DNA of 64,000 nucleotides from Podarcis muralis (GCF_964188315.1 NC_135667.1:23064001-23128000), one strand, 5' to 3'. Positions 1 to 13,156 are shown, numbered from the stretch's first letter. A program made the numbers and translations. The notes: generated by a model from the letters alone, not told the origin.

Positions 1-33
1 TTAACGCCATCTTTTGTTCCTCTTTTAACATAG

Positions 34-2955
34 ATCCATCATTTTCTTAAGAGCATCTTATTTAATAACAGTGCTGGAGACATTGTGCGCTTTGACAGTA
101 ATCGAGAAATAGTTGCAGGTTTTGATGTTACAAACTGGTTGATGTTCTCCAATGGATCTGTTGTTAGAGTAAAAGTTGGAAGACTGGAACCTCAGGCTCC
201 TTCTGGCAAGGAATTAACCATTCATGATGATCAAATTGAATGGCATCCAAGTTTTAATCAGGTGAAATTTACCAGCAAATACTTGAGTTTATATTGTAGT
301 TCCTAGAAAACACCAGGGGATTAATTTGCTGTAGTGGACAGCCTTCTCTATTCATGTTGAATTCTGGAACATGCACAGAGCAGTCGTGGCTGATGCAGGT
401 AGACATTCATACAGATGGCTCCTCACTGCACACATTTATCTCCCAAGCAGTGGGAAGAGTGATACAAAGCTGTGCCAAATGCTTTGTCCTCATTCCCCTA
501 TCACATGATTCAGATCAGATGGTAGTTGACTGATGAATGAGGAAAGCTAATCTCTTATTGCTCATCTTCCATCTATGATTCCCCTTAGGTGCTGCCTGTT
601 TCTGTGTGCAATGACAACTGTTGCCCTGGCTATAGCAGGAAAAAGAAAGAGGGAGAGAAATTTTGTTGCTATGATTGTGTTCAGTGTCCAGAAGGGATGA
701 TCTCTGTCAAGAAGGGTAAGAAGCACAATGTATAGTGATACCAAAACATTTTCATAACACAACATAATGGTTATATTTGGAGAATGCATATGCCCTGAAT
801 ACTTTTAAAATTTGCAATACAAATTTTATAGGTTGAAAGGGAGTATATAAATGTAATAATACATTAAAAAATACATTGTTGTCGCAACCCATAGGATCAA
901 ATATTGGATGAGTATTTCAGTGTATGTGGCCTGATGATGTGAACCGTTGCAGTGATGTGATGAGCAGCTTGCTCACTTGGTATGTGTCCTTCCTAGCTAA
1001 TGAAGGACAATTATACAGAGGGTTGACTAGATGGATCTCAGGTGGGGTGAACATGTCTCTGTGTGATGGAATTGTTCCAATTGACCTTAACCTTATGGTG
1101 GTGCATCCATTTCTGTCAAAGCCCACCTTAGACCCTATAATGACTACTTTCTGGACATGAATATTATCATCTTGGGAATATGGTGAAGAAGGTGTGGTGG
1201 GGCAGATGGAGGAGTATCTCTAACCTACCTAAAGATTTATGTGCCGATAACAGCATGGTCCTTGTTCTATGGTGTCCTTGTCCCCAGTGTTGAGGCCCAT
1301 GAAGCTGCTAGGACTGGTTATTAGGAGTTTGGGCAAAGTGTCATCAATATGCTAATGACACACAGCTGTATTTCTCCATAAAGTCTAATTCAGGATAAGC
1401 TGTATATGATCTGAACTATTTCCTTGGCAAAGTGTTGACAGTCCATAAAGTGAGATTGAACCCTGGGAAGAACAAAGCACTGTATGTACGTGATTCCCAT
1501 ATATGGGAGATTGGTCTATTCTGTATTCTGGATGGCTCACTCTGAAATAATAGGTTTGTCATTTAGGGGTGCTCCTGGGTCCAACTCTGGTAGCTTGAAA
1601 ATTTGCAGCTGATATTTTAATTATCAATTTTCTTGGATAGGAATAATATGACCACAATTATTTATGCACTAGCAACCTCAATAGCTATTCCAATGTGCTC
1701 TATGTGGGGCTAACAGAAGTTCATTAGATGCTACAGGTGTTGTAAAATGTTGAGGCTAGACTTTTTATGGGGGCAGAATACCACCAACAAAAATATGCTT
1801 GTTAAAACTACAGACAGGAGTTTTAACAAGCATATTGTTAAAACTACAAAGTACTGCAAGAGTGTTTAAAATGATGATTTATCCCACTATCTCCTATGAC
1901 AACCTTGCCATCCTGTGGAAATATGGAAGTCCCTTCTCCTAGAGTGATTCAAATGACTATAATAACACAAATGGAGAACTATCACTTGCTCTCAGAACTG
2001 ACTGCTTTGGAAAGAAATTGGTCAACTTCTTCAACACTCTTCACTTTTTTCAGATATGGATGCCTGTATCAAATGTCCAGAAGACCAATATCCAAACAAG
2101 AGCCAAACTAAATGTATTGTTAAAGTTCTAAGTTTCCTCTCTTACCAAGAAGATTTAGGGATCATCTTAGCAATCTTGACTATTGCTTTTTCCTTGATCA
2201 CCGTTTTAGTTCTTGGAATTTTTATGAAGCACAAAGAGACCCCAATAGTTAAAGCCAACAACCGGACCCTCACCTACATCCTGCTCATCTCCCTCCTCCT
2301 TTGCTTCCTCAGCTCTTTGCTCTTTATTGGGAAGCCTGGAAATGTGATCTGCCTTCTCAGACAAACAGTGTTTGCTTTCATATTCTCTGTGGCTCTTTCC
2401 AGCATTTTGGCAAAAACCATCACCGTGGTTATGGCATTTATGGCAACCAAGCCAGGTTCAAAAATGAGAAAATGGATAGGGAAAAGATTGACAAATTCTA
2501 TCATCCTTTCCTGCTCCTTTCTTCAAGTTGCCATATGTACTCTTTGGTTAAGTACTTCCCCTCCTTTCCCAGACAAAGACATGCACTCAGCAAAGGCAGA
2601 AATCATACTAGAATGTAATGAAGGTTCAGCTACCATGTTTTATTGTGTCTTGGGCTATATGGGTTTCCTGGCCATCGTCAGCCTCATTGTGGCTTTCCTG
2701 GCTAGGAAATTACCTGACAGTTTCAATGAAACCAAATTTATCACTTTCAGCATGTTGGTGTTTTGCAGTGTATGGTTATCCTTTGTTCCAACCTACCTGA
2801 GCACCAAAGGAAAATACATGGTAGCTGTGGAAATCTTCTCCATCTTGTCTTCCAGTTCTGGGTTACTGTGTTGCATTTTTTCTCCTAAATGTTATGTCAT
2901 TATTTTGAGACCTGAGCTAAACAACAAGGAGCAATTAATAAGGAAAATAAAATGA
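34..2955 (+). CDS. Vmn2r: V2R gene A, 3' partial (exons 4-6: 34-261, 589-715, 2054-2955); exons 1-3 lie upstream of the window
   Basis: AG/GT-bounded exons of 228 bp (..[19 protein letters not shown]) and 127 bp (Cys-rich [23 protein letters not shown]), plus a 7TM exon with TPIVKANNR and [19 protein letters not shown] motifs; frame open to TGA 2953-2955. Symbol is family-level only. Confidence 0.93.
1250..1400 (+). mobile_element. Decayed L2 RT fragment (gene A intron 5)
   Basis: TATGCTAATGACACACAGCTGTAT = YANDTQLY. Similar relics at about 18740-19040 (minus), 55340-55500 and 62035-62180. Confidence 0.55.
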
Positions 2956-2974
2956 AAGCATATATCTATGACTT

Positions 2975-3417
2975 NNNNNNNNNNNNNNNNNNNNNNNNNN
3001 NNNNNNNNNNNNNNNNNNNNNNNNNNNNNNNNNNNNNNNNNNNNNNNNNNNNNNNNNNNNNNNNNNNNNNNNNNNNNNNNNNNNNNNNNNNNNNNNNNNN
3101 NNNNNNNNNNNNNNNNNNNNNNNNNNNNNNNNNNNNNNNNNNNNNNNNNNNNNNNNNNNNNNNNNNNNNNNNNNNNNNNNNNNNNNNNNNNNNNNNNNNN
3201 NNNNNNNNNNNNNNNNNNNNNNNNNNNNNNNNNNNNNNNNNNNNNNNNNNNNNNNNNNNNNNNNNNNNNNNNNNNNNNNNNNNNNNNNNNNNNNNNNNNN
3301 NNNNNNNNNNNNNNNNNNNNNNNNNNNNNNNNNNNNNNNNNNNNNNNNNNNNNNNNNNNNNNNNNNNNNNNNNNNNNNNNNNNNNNNNNNNNNNNNNNNN
3401 NNNNNNNNNNNNNNNNN
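2975..3417. other. Assembly gap (443 N)
   Basis: Run of N characters. Confidence 1.
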
Positions 3418-3790
3418 GGAGAACCTGAGCTTACAGGGTTAAACAGCTCAGAGTGTACGTCCTGCCTACTGTGGGGTGGGGGGAGATTCTGCGTCATTTC
3501 CAAGAGTCTCAACCCTTTGTTCTCTTTCGTTTTGAAGAGAGCGGACGTGTTTTTCACGATGCCGTGCACTGTATTAGACAATGGATAGTTTCTGCTGTAA
3601 TAAAGCTGCTTTTAGTTATTAGTAAGCTCTGTGTGAGACTCTGTTTAACCACAGAAGGCAGCAGCTTTCTCTGACCGCTGCTGGACTCTGCTTTTGCTCG
3701 GAGCATTGGAATGTGGACTTTGGAATGCGGAGGCCTGGCAGGAGGCTGCGCAGCGAAAGCGGGCTGGACGCCAGGCTTATCTGAGCAATA
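3418..3790. mobile_element. GC-rich LTR-like end adjoining the gap
   Basis: AATAAAGC at about 3599 and CpG-rich composition unlike the AT-rich flanks; family not identified. Confidence 0.35.
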
Positions 3791-5590
3791 AATCACCTCT
3801 GTCTGTCTGTCTGTCTGTCTATCAGCTATCTATCTCTATCACCTATATTTTTTGGTAAAGGCTATCTTTATTATATCCTCATATTCTGTTTTTCCAGGTT
3901 GCACCATTCCCTCTTTATGCTACATCATTGTGTTGGGCCTAGTTGAAGAACTGTGAGACTGAATTTATTATGCCCACTTCATTCTGCTCCTATGTTGATA
4001 TGGCAGAGATATATTGAGAAATTTTGCATAGGTGTATGTTCAAGTAAACGTGTCTCAGAGAATTCTTGCAAGTAGAGCTGAGACACACACATTTCACCCA
4101 GTGTGTCTGCCCACCTACATTCTGCTAGACAAGCCCCCTTCTCCCAAGCTGATTGCTACATGATTTTTTAGCTATATGTGCAGATACTCAGCTCAAGGGC
4201 TGACAGGACTTAGTATTGCCTCATGGTGATCTAGGTAGGTCACCCAGATGCAGTGCAATTCTAAGGGCAACAATTAATCTTGCTGAACCCCATCATCTAA
4301 CCAACAACCAGCAATTTGGCTCACTGATTTCAGGATATACCTCCAATGCCTACATCAAACCTTCTGACATCTGTAATCAATAAAGTTGTGGCCATATTTC
4401 ATCTTGTGTTGTATGTGCACCTTCTCTGCCACTGCCTCCATTGTGCCTGGGCCCACAACAGCATGGGGTAGCATGGAGGAGATCTTTCCCAAATGGGAGA
4501 GGAACATTGTATACCTCTTTTCCTTCCCCTACAACTGTTAATGAAGTGAAGATGTTACTATCATAGTGAAACAAGTCTCTCTGGGCAGCCTATCAGTTTC
4601 AGAAGAAAGCGGCACATGTATTCTATCTTAATATCAGCCATTACATTTATCTAATTCCCCATGCTGTGTCATTGGAGCTGTAAAATCAATTCCATGCCCT
4701 CACCCTGTCCCCAGTTCTAGGTCAGAGGATCTAGGACAGCAATTGCCAACCTCAGGATATGCCGAGGTGGCTGTAAAAAGTCTTGCTTCTAAGGCCACAC
4801 TCCTCACACGTCCTTTTTTGTTTTTGCCTGGCTTGAATGTGTCTCTCAAGCCTGATAATGCCTCTTGTTTACCTTGATGGAGGATCAAGAGGGGTGTGTG
4901 AATGTATATAAAAAGCAGCCTATTGTACAAAAATAATATTTACATTAATTGCTGTGCTCTCTTTTGCCTCTGGCTCCCAAAAGATTGCCCAGATGGGAGT
5001 GTGGCCATCTGGCTGAAGAAGGCCCCACACCCCTGCAGTAAATGCAGACATGTCTAAAACAGAACACAACTCATATCACTTCTCCACAGAGTTTGGATAA
5101 GGACTGTAAACACAAAGTCAGAGAAGGTCCAAACAATTTCAAAAGTGCAATTGTAACAGAAGGACAAATAAAGAACAAGTGCATAGGGTTGGATAAATTC
5201 ATTAAAGTGTGAGGAGAGCATCTGGAACTGAAAGCTACATTTGACCTGAGACTTAGGTTCCCCATACTAATATTTTGTAATGCATATAAATAATACTGCA
5301 TAAATATTTTAATAATAACAAAAAATAATAGCAATAACAATAAAAGGGACATTCAGTAATTAGGTGCAGTCTCTTAAAAGAGATGTAACCATCCTTCAAG
5401 TTATGTGAAATGTGAATGAACTGTGGGTGAACTAAATTCAAGTTCTGGACACAGGGAGCCTGGTCCTGTCAACTGAGTCCCACCAACTATTGACCATCAT
5501 GCAAACAGGGCGGAGGGGGGATGTAGACTATTGAGAGAGGGAGTTGTAGCATTTTGTTCATGCATGATGTAACTTCAGAAGCCAGCAGGA

Positions 5591-5780
5591 CACTGGGAAA
5601 ACAATCTTCTTCCCTATCATTATCAAAATTATTGGTTTGCATTGTCTTATGCAAAAGATATCCAGAGATCAACAATGAACATCTGAAAAGAGATATTAGA
5701 GCCTTGTGTTGTTCAGAACTGGATCTAGGCATTGACAGAGCTCTATCATATTGTTGTTTCAGCGTGTTTCCACCAGCTGA
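5591..5780 (+). promoter_or_regulatory. Conserved upstream module of gene B
   Basis: CACTGGGA motif, then AT-rich box, GGATCTAGGCAT and CAGCTG; colinear with blocks upstream of genes C-G. Function is inferred. Confidence 0.5.
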
Positions 5781-6239
5781 CTCCACCATTATTTTTTAAA
5801 CAAAAATATCTATACTGTGGGTATCTCTGTTCTTCATTCCTTCTCCTGATGCTCTTATTAGACAAATGTTTTGTTCACTCTTCATCAGGTATCTCCATCA
5901 TCAATTATTTTTTACAACAATTTTGATTTACAGAATTTGAGAATTCTGAAGGTAACTCTTGCATAGTACCACAAAGCTATTGATGCCTGCGGCTGAATAG
6001 ATAAAAACAAAGATTTTGAAAAGAGAAAAAGAGTAGTAAAAGCTCATACTTCTCATTCATGCTTAGAGTATAAATCAGTGAATGTTCTGATCAGGGAAAC
6101 TGACAAAAAAAAAGGAGCCATTGTGTCAATGACCAAGATACTAATGCAGAGATTTCCTAACAACAACAAAATCATCCACCATTCAAGTGACTATGTAGCA
6201 AAACAGATAAAAGCCATATATAACGCTGTAGGTGGAAGC

Positions 6240-7440
6240 ATGAAAATCTATATTTGGAGGGCATCCTTTGTCAATGGGATTATACAGGTGGTGGTGTTGC
6301 TGCTCATACTGGTGTGTCATACTGTAGGCAATACACATTCTATTAACTGCAGTACACTTGACGATCCCCTCCCTATACCTCATAAATTTCACCAGCCAGG
6401 AGACCTTGTCATCGGTGAGATTGTTTCTCAAGTCTACTTTCACTATAATAACCTGTCTTTCGAGGAACAGCCTATACATGTATTGATTGATGAACCTATG
6501 TAAGGAAACATTTCTTTCTTCTTCTGTAATAAGTTCATGTGACATTCACCATTATGCAGCTTTGTGATTAAGTAACTATTTTTACTTTGTGGGGAAAAGT
6601 GGTATCCCCACAGTATTTGGACTACTGTTTATTTTTGCTTTCTGCATTATGTCCCTGCGTTATGTTCCTGTTAATTAATCACTAAAAGCCTTTCCACCAG
6701 ACACTTCACAGAAATAAATAGATTGTGTACATTTCTGTAAGATTTCTGCAGAATAACAACATAGTAGAGTGTGCTCTTGTTATATTATGTTACTCCTGCT
6801 CTTTCCACATTTTGTTTCTTCTCATCCTTTGCCACTATATATACCCTCTTCCCTGCACTTCCAATCTTCTGACTCTTTCAATATTGGATTTCATATTATA
6901 TTTTAGAAATGCCGCCATGTTTCATTCCTCCAATTGTTTCCAGCCTATTCCCATTTTACAAAAAGACTTTGTTTCTACAACTTAAAACGCTCTGGAGGGG
7001 AAACATGCAATCAAAAGCGACTTCCTAATGGATTTGCAAACATGACCCCATTTGTTATTCATACTTTTAAATATAAAAGTGCATTATTAAAGTGCTACTT
7101 TTTAGTTTATCTTGATGATATTGTTTCTGTGCCAAGGAAATTACTCCAATAGCCGCAGGGAGCAGTTTCCAAAGCACTTTTACTCTTCCAAAATATTGCA
7201 AAAATTTAGTTCTTGCTATTTCAGATACAGTGTCTTACTTTCTTAATTTCACCAAGTTACATTTCTTCAAACTATAATACCTTATGGTTTTAAGCTGATA
7301 CTTGAAAGCATGTAGATGAGTACAATGCATTTGTTATTGTCATAGTTGTTTCATGGTTGTTTTTCTTTTTACTCTAACTCTTATTTTATATTTGGTGTTA
7401 GTCGCCCTGAGCCCAGCCTGGGGAGGGCAGGGTATAAATA

Positions 7441-7494
<54 letters not shown>

Positions 7495-10400
7495 AGATCT
7501 GTGCCTAAGAACTTTCAGCACATCCTGGCCTTAGCATTTGCTGTCAAAGAGATCAATGAGAATCCCAACATTTTATCAAACATTTCCCTGGGATTTCACA
7601 TCCTCAATAGCTACTACTCTACAAAGATGACCTACAAGGCCACTCTGAGCCTGCTTTCGTCACAACATAGGTTTGCCCCCAACTTCAATTGTCACAAGAA
7701 GAGCAATCTGATAGCTCTTATTGGAGGATGCATCTCTGAAATTTCTACCAATGTGGCCATAATTTCAGCCATTCACAAGACTCCACAGGTCAGCTGTGTG
7801 CATGGGGCATAAAGCTTTCATATTTGTTACACATCATCTTGATTTCAGCCAAATATTCCCTGTGATATTTTGCTTAGCAAGTTAATTGAATGCATTCTAG
7901 AAGGTAGTACAATCAGGTGAATTCAATGCTTTTTGGATAACAGTTAACTGAATAACTTCATAAGAGTCCTCCCAGATCAGACCAAAAATTAATATTGGCT
8001 CCCATTGCTCTGTCCCAGCTCCTGCCAACCTAGCAGTTTGAAAGCGCGCCAGTGCAAGTAAATAGGTACTGCTGCAGCGAGAAGGTAAATGGTGTTTCCG
8101 TGCACTCTGGCACTCATCACAGTCCTCCGTGCGCCAGTAGCAGTTTAGTCATGCTGGCCACATGACCCGGAAAACTGTTTGTGGACAAACGGCAGCTCCC
8201 TCAGCCTGAAAGCGAGATGAGCGCTGCACCCCATAGTCGCCTTTGACTGGACTTAACCGCCCAGGGGTCCTTTACCTTTACCTTTTATAGTACCTGCTTT
8301 GGCAGCAGTAAATGTGAAAGGGATCTCCAGGTTAAAATTTATTTCAAGCTAAATTTGAGTCGGCAGTGTCAATATAGCTGCAGAAAGTCTCCAGCAGCAC
8401 TAAAGTACAGTAAACAGAAACATAGTTTCTAATTCATAGAAAGTACCTTGAATTTGTGCCTGTCTCAAGGGGTCTCTGTGGGATTTCAAGGATCTGCCCT
8501 GACAAATGCAGGGTGGAGAAAACAGGTGCTGTTTCAGCTGTGATTTTACCCCACTACACACAGTATCTCAGAAATCTTTTCTCTAGGGGTGTGCGGCTTA
8601 CTGTTTCCAGGTCTTGGTTCTGAACTATAAAATGGATGTAAACAAACTGGAAGCAGTGCAGGAAAGGTTGGCATTGCTCTCAGAAATAAGTACTTCAATA
8701 ATAATAAAAATTCTATATGAAGTCTGCAGAAAATTAGACTAATGGAGAACATTATAGCATTCTTCAAATATTCATAGTACCACAAAGGACTGAAATAGAA
8801 TATTGGGATAAATTTATTAATAGTAAAATTAGCTAATTGATGGAATCAATTAGCAGAAGGAGGCCTTCAGACAGTGGCTATAGTTCTTGCATCACACAGG
8901 GTGGCATTAAAGAACCCCACACATTATGACTGTATGATTTTTTAAAAAAAAAATTTATTTCAGCTCACTTATGGATCATTTTTGACAACACAGGATGACA
9001 AAAGACTATTCCCTTTTCTGTACCAGATGGTACCAAATGAAGCTCACCAGCACAAAGGAGTTGTGAAGTTACTTCAGCATTTCAGATGGACATGGATTGG
9101 GCTCGTGGCTGTGGATGATGACAAAGGGGACAAGTTTTTACAGAAAATAGTGCCAATGCTTTCTCAGAATGGTATCTGTTATGCCTTCATTGTAAGACTA
9201 CCAAAATACTCTTATGTAGATGAGTATATTGCTATGCTTATAAAGCAATGGGAAAGCTATGTAACTGTCATCAAAAGAAATGTCAATGTATTGCTCATAT
9301 ATGGAGAATATCCATCCTTTCGAGTTTTGAGAATATTGCTGTTTCTAGCACCCTTCTTGCCAATGCCTCCTATTAATAAAGTGTGGATTATTACATCCCA
9401 GTGGGATTTTGCATCACTATCTGTTCAAAAGATATGGGATATACAAACTTTTCATGGTTCCATTTCCTTCACAATTCACTCAAATCAGCCCAAAGGATTC
9501 CAAAAGTTTATTCAGATGGTTAGACCTTCCTGGTTTAAAGGAGATGGTTTTATTCAGGACTTCTGGGAACAGGCATTCAGCTGTTCATTAAACATGTCTA
9601 AATGGGAAGAGAAGGAGAAAATCTGCACTGGAGAGGAGAATCTACAGAACCTTTCTGGAATTCTGTTTGAAATGAAGATGACTGGCCACAGCTACAATGT
9701 CTACAATGCTGTCTATGCTGTGGCACATACTTTTCATGCTATATATAAATCCCATTCCAAACACAGAAGATTGGAAGAAAGAGACAGGCTTTTTTTCCAG
9801 AATGTGCAACCATGGCAGGTAATTGCAAATAAACACTTATATAAAAAAGTCCAGCTTTTCCAGCAAAATGAAAGAGGATTTTAAATCTACATAAAACAAC
9901 TCCACCCAAACTGTTCAACATTATCTTTTCTTTTTTGTAAATTCGAATAGAAACATTAAGTTGCCACATGTATTAACCCCAAAATGAATAGGGCTTCCTT
10001 TGTGAAGCTCCTTGAAATGATTTCAATGGTGTGTGTTTTTGTAGCTTTGTTTATAATCCCTTTTTATCTAGGTCCATCAACTTCTAAGGAGGGTCTCATT
10101 TAACAACAGTGCTGGAGACATTGTGCACTTTGATGACAATGGAGAACTAGTTTCAGGTTTTGATATTACAAACTGGCTAATGTTCCCTAATGGCTCAGTG
10201 GTTAGAGTAAAAATTGGAAGACTGGAACCTCAGGCTCCCCAGGGCACAAAGTTAACTATTCATGATGAACAAATTGTGTGGCATCATAGCTTTAATCAGG
10301 TGAGACTGCATATGCTCAAACATTTTAAAAGTTCAGTTTCAACCTATTCAACTTTCTAGATGTAGTTCCTTCCCTTCTTTGTAAAAATCCATATTATTAT

Positions 10401-13156
10401 ATTATATTATATTATTATACTATATTATAATATAATTAATAATATAATATAATATAATATAATATAATATAATATAATATAATATAATATAATATAATAA
10501 TATGTCATAATAAATTTGCCTAAAGGGGGGGATATATGGAAATCTTTCTTTCTTTTTTGAAAGAGTGAGGTCAGTTTCTGTCAAACAAATATGCAAAAAC
10601 AACAGTGTGTTAGTACAAACTGTGACTATACATCTAACTCATTTTACCTTGAGCCTGATGGTTAGGGCTCAGGCAGGATAAGAAAGGATTTTTAAAAAAT
10701 GTACTGAACTGGTGAGGGAAATGTTGAGGGACTGCAACTGAGCTGAGAAAGGGATTAGAGGACAACATTAAAGACACATCATAGGCTGAAATATGGGACA
10801 AAAGATCTATGAGATCAACCTAAGGGTGCTGAGAATTGTAAATATGTGAGGGTCAAATCAAACTCCCCAGGATTCTATAGGAGAAATTGTGTGATTAAAT
10901 GTATTTTAAATGTATGTTAAATGATGACTACATGCAGCGGTAGAATCTCAGGTCTGAGATAAGCCCTTTCATCCCAACCCATTAATCATGGCCACATTGA
11001 TCCTCCATCACCCTCTACATCTACATCCTGGGAGCTGACTACAGGCATACATCAGGATTCTGAATCATGTGGGGATCCAATACAGGTAGAGAAGGCTCCC
11101 CAATGCAGACATTCAGCCCTCAGCATGTGGAGAGTAGTAAGAAGTGAACGCTACAGAATGATTGAGTAGGAGTCTCCTGCCAAGCTATTCTAATCACATG
11201 GAGGTGAATTACTGAAGAGGCTAATGTTTTATTGCCAATTTATTATTCTTTGCAGGTGCTGCCCTTGTCTGTGTGCAACGAAAATTGCAATCCTGGCTAC
11301 AGCAGGAAAAAGAAAGAAGGAGAGAAATTTTGCTGCTATGATTGTGCTCTGTGTCCAGAAGGGATGATCTCTCATGAGAAGGGTAGGAGACATAATGTAA
11401 AGATATGAAGAAATGTTCATAATTCTTTGAGAATGATTATTCCTTGAATACATATGAAGCGGTTTCACAACGGCATTTCAAAACAGAATCCACCTAAAAA
11501 AAGTAAAGTGTGTGTAACAGCATCAGATAGTCAATAGGACAAATCTGCCCAAAATCATAATCATGATGAGGATGCTGGTAAATGTGAATAGTATTCCTAT
11601 ATCAGTGTAATATAGGTTATTATTATAACCACATTACAGATGAGGACTAAGACAGAATATCTGCTCACCTGGGGCCCTGGGTGGGCAGCCTTTGCTGCAT
11701 TACACGACCATAGTGGGTCCAGGGGCCCCGCCATCTTTGGCACAGCCTTAGCCAAACCTACTCTTTCCTGTCATCAATAAAAGTTGTGACCTAATTCAAC
11801 CCAATACCAGCCTCAGTGTCCATTCTTGCAGCCCTTCCTGCACCTGCCGTGGCTAGCATTCACCTGTGACAGTAAAGACAAGAGCACAGCACAAACCACA
11901 AAAACTTTTGGAAGCACAAAAGCTAATAATAATGAATTATTGCTTGTTCTATGTGATTATGCCAGTCGTCTCTCTTAGAGTTGGTCAAATAACTGCAAAT
12001 AAAAGGAAAGGAAGCAAAAGGAACGACTTTCACGTTATAGGATGACATCACTTCAGATTGGAGCCTATGAAGCCAGGAAGCTCACTGGCAGTGGTTCTCC
12101 AGGATGTCAAGCAAGAGTCTTTTCCAGGGTCCCTTTGCATACAAAGTAGATACTCTACCATTGAGTTACAGCTCTCTCTCCCCACCCACCATTTTACAAG
12201 TTTGAACAAACAAAATCTAAGCAGCTTTTCCCTTTCCCCCCTCAGACATGGATGCCTGTGTCAAATGTCCAAAAGAACAGTATCCCAACAAGGACCAAAG
12301 TCAATGCATTCCAAAGGATGTGAACTACCTCTCTTACAAAGAAGATTTGGGGATCATCTTAACTATATTGGCGATTTCTTTCTGTTTGATCACAAGCTTA
12401 GTACTTGGAATTTTTATGAAGTACAAGGACACTCCCATAGTCAAAGCCAACAACCGAATGCTCACCTACATCCTCCTCATCTCCCTTCTCCTTTGCTTCC
12501 TCTGTGCTTTGCTCTTCATTGGACAGCCTGGAAAGGTGACTTGTCTTCTCCGACAAACAGCTTTTGGCATTGTCTTCTCTGTGGCCCTTTCCTCTGTGTT
12601 GGCAAAGACTATCACTGTGGTTCTGGCATTCATGGCAACCAAACCAGGATCTAGAATGAGGAAATGGGTGGGGAAAGGACTATCAAATTCTATTGTCCTT
12701 ACCTGCTCCCTCATTCAATCAGGAATTTGTACTCTTTGGTTAAGTACATCTCCCCCATTTCCTGATAAAGACATGCATTCAATGAAGGGTGAAATCTTAC
12801 TAGAATGTAATGAGGGTTCTGTTTCCATGCTTTACTGTGTTCTGGGCTATATGGGTTTCCTAGCCATTGTCAGCTTCATTGTAGCTTTTCTTGCCAGGAA
12901 GTTGCCAGACAGTTTCAATGAAGCCAGATTTATCACTTTTAGCATGCTGGTGTTTTGCAGTGTGTGGTTATCCTTTGTTCCAACCTACCTGAGCACCAAA
13001 GGAAAATACATGGTGGCCGTGGAGATCTTCTCCATCTTGTCTTCCGGTGCTGGATTACTGGGTTGCATCTTTTCCCCAAAATGCTACATTATTCTGCTGA
13101 GGCCTCAGCTGAACAACAAGGAGCAACTAATAATAAGAAAAGGTGATAGAATATAA
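6240..13156 (+). CDS. Vmn2r: V2R gene B, complete: join(6240-6499,7497-7788,8964-9818,10072-10299,11256-11382,12246-13156), 890 aa
   Basis: Signal peptide followed by PGDLVIGEI (exon 1), [19 protein letters not shown] (exon 2), LTYGSF..VQPWQ (exon 3), Cys-rich domain and 7TM. All junctions are GT-AG with consistent phases; total 2673 bp. See finding on the exon-2 acceptor. Confidence 0.92.
7386..7492 (+). mobile_element. L2-type 3' tail with (TTA)n inserted in the exon-2 acceptor of gene B
   Basis: GTCGCCCTGAG..GGGCAGGGTATAAAT(ATT)n resembles the 3' end of the L2 at 46330-46423. Confidence 0.68.
7996..8286 (+). mobile_element. Sauria SINE (5'-truncated)
   Basis: CTCCTGCCAACCTAGCAGT..GTCATGCTGGCCACATGACC core and (ACCTTT)n tail. 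Confidence 0.8.
10391..10500. repeat. AT-rich pentanucleotide microsatellite (TATTA)n/(TAATA)n
   Basis: Read directly from the sequence. Confidence 0.9.

Noticed and set aside
2274-2504. Recurrent antisense and alternate-frame ORFs over exons 3 and 6 (e.g. 12466, 24433, 34973, 60098)
   Set aside because: Shadows of conserved sense codons; they recur only because the exons are paralogous.
2892-3588. Long ORFs 2892..3581, 2952..3428 and 2968..3588
   Set aside because: They are open only because they cross the N gap.
6078-6239. N-terminal extensions of exon-1 ORFs (6078, 27119, 38187)
   Set aside because: Non-ATG starts, not conserved among paralogues, and they would bury the signal peptide.
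7346-7534. Poly-isoleucine ORF (also 43129)
   Set aside because: Translation of an (ATT)n microsatellite; relevant only as the frameshifted product of the cryptic acceptor.
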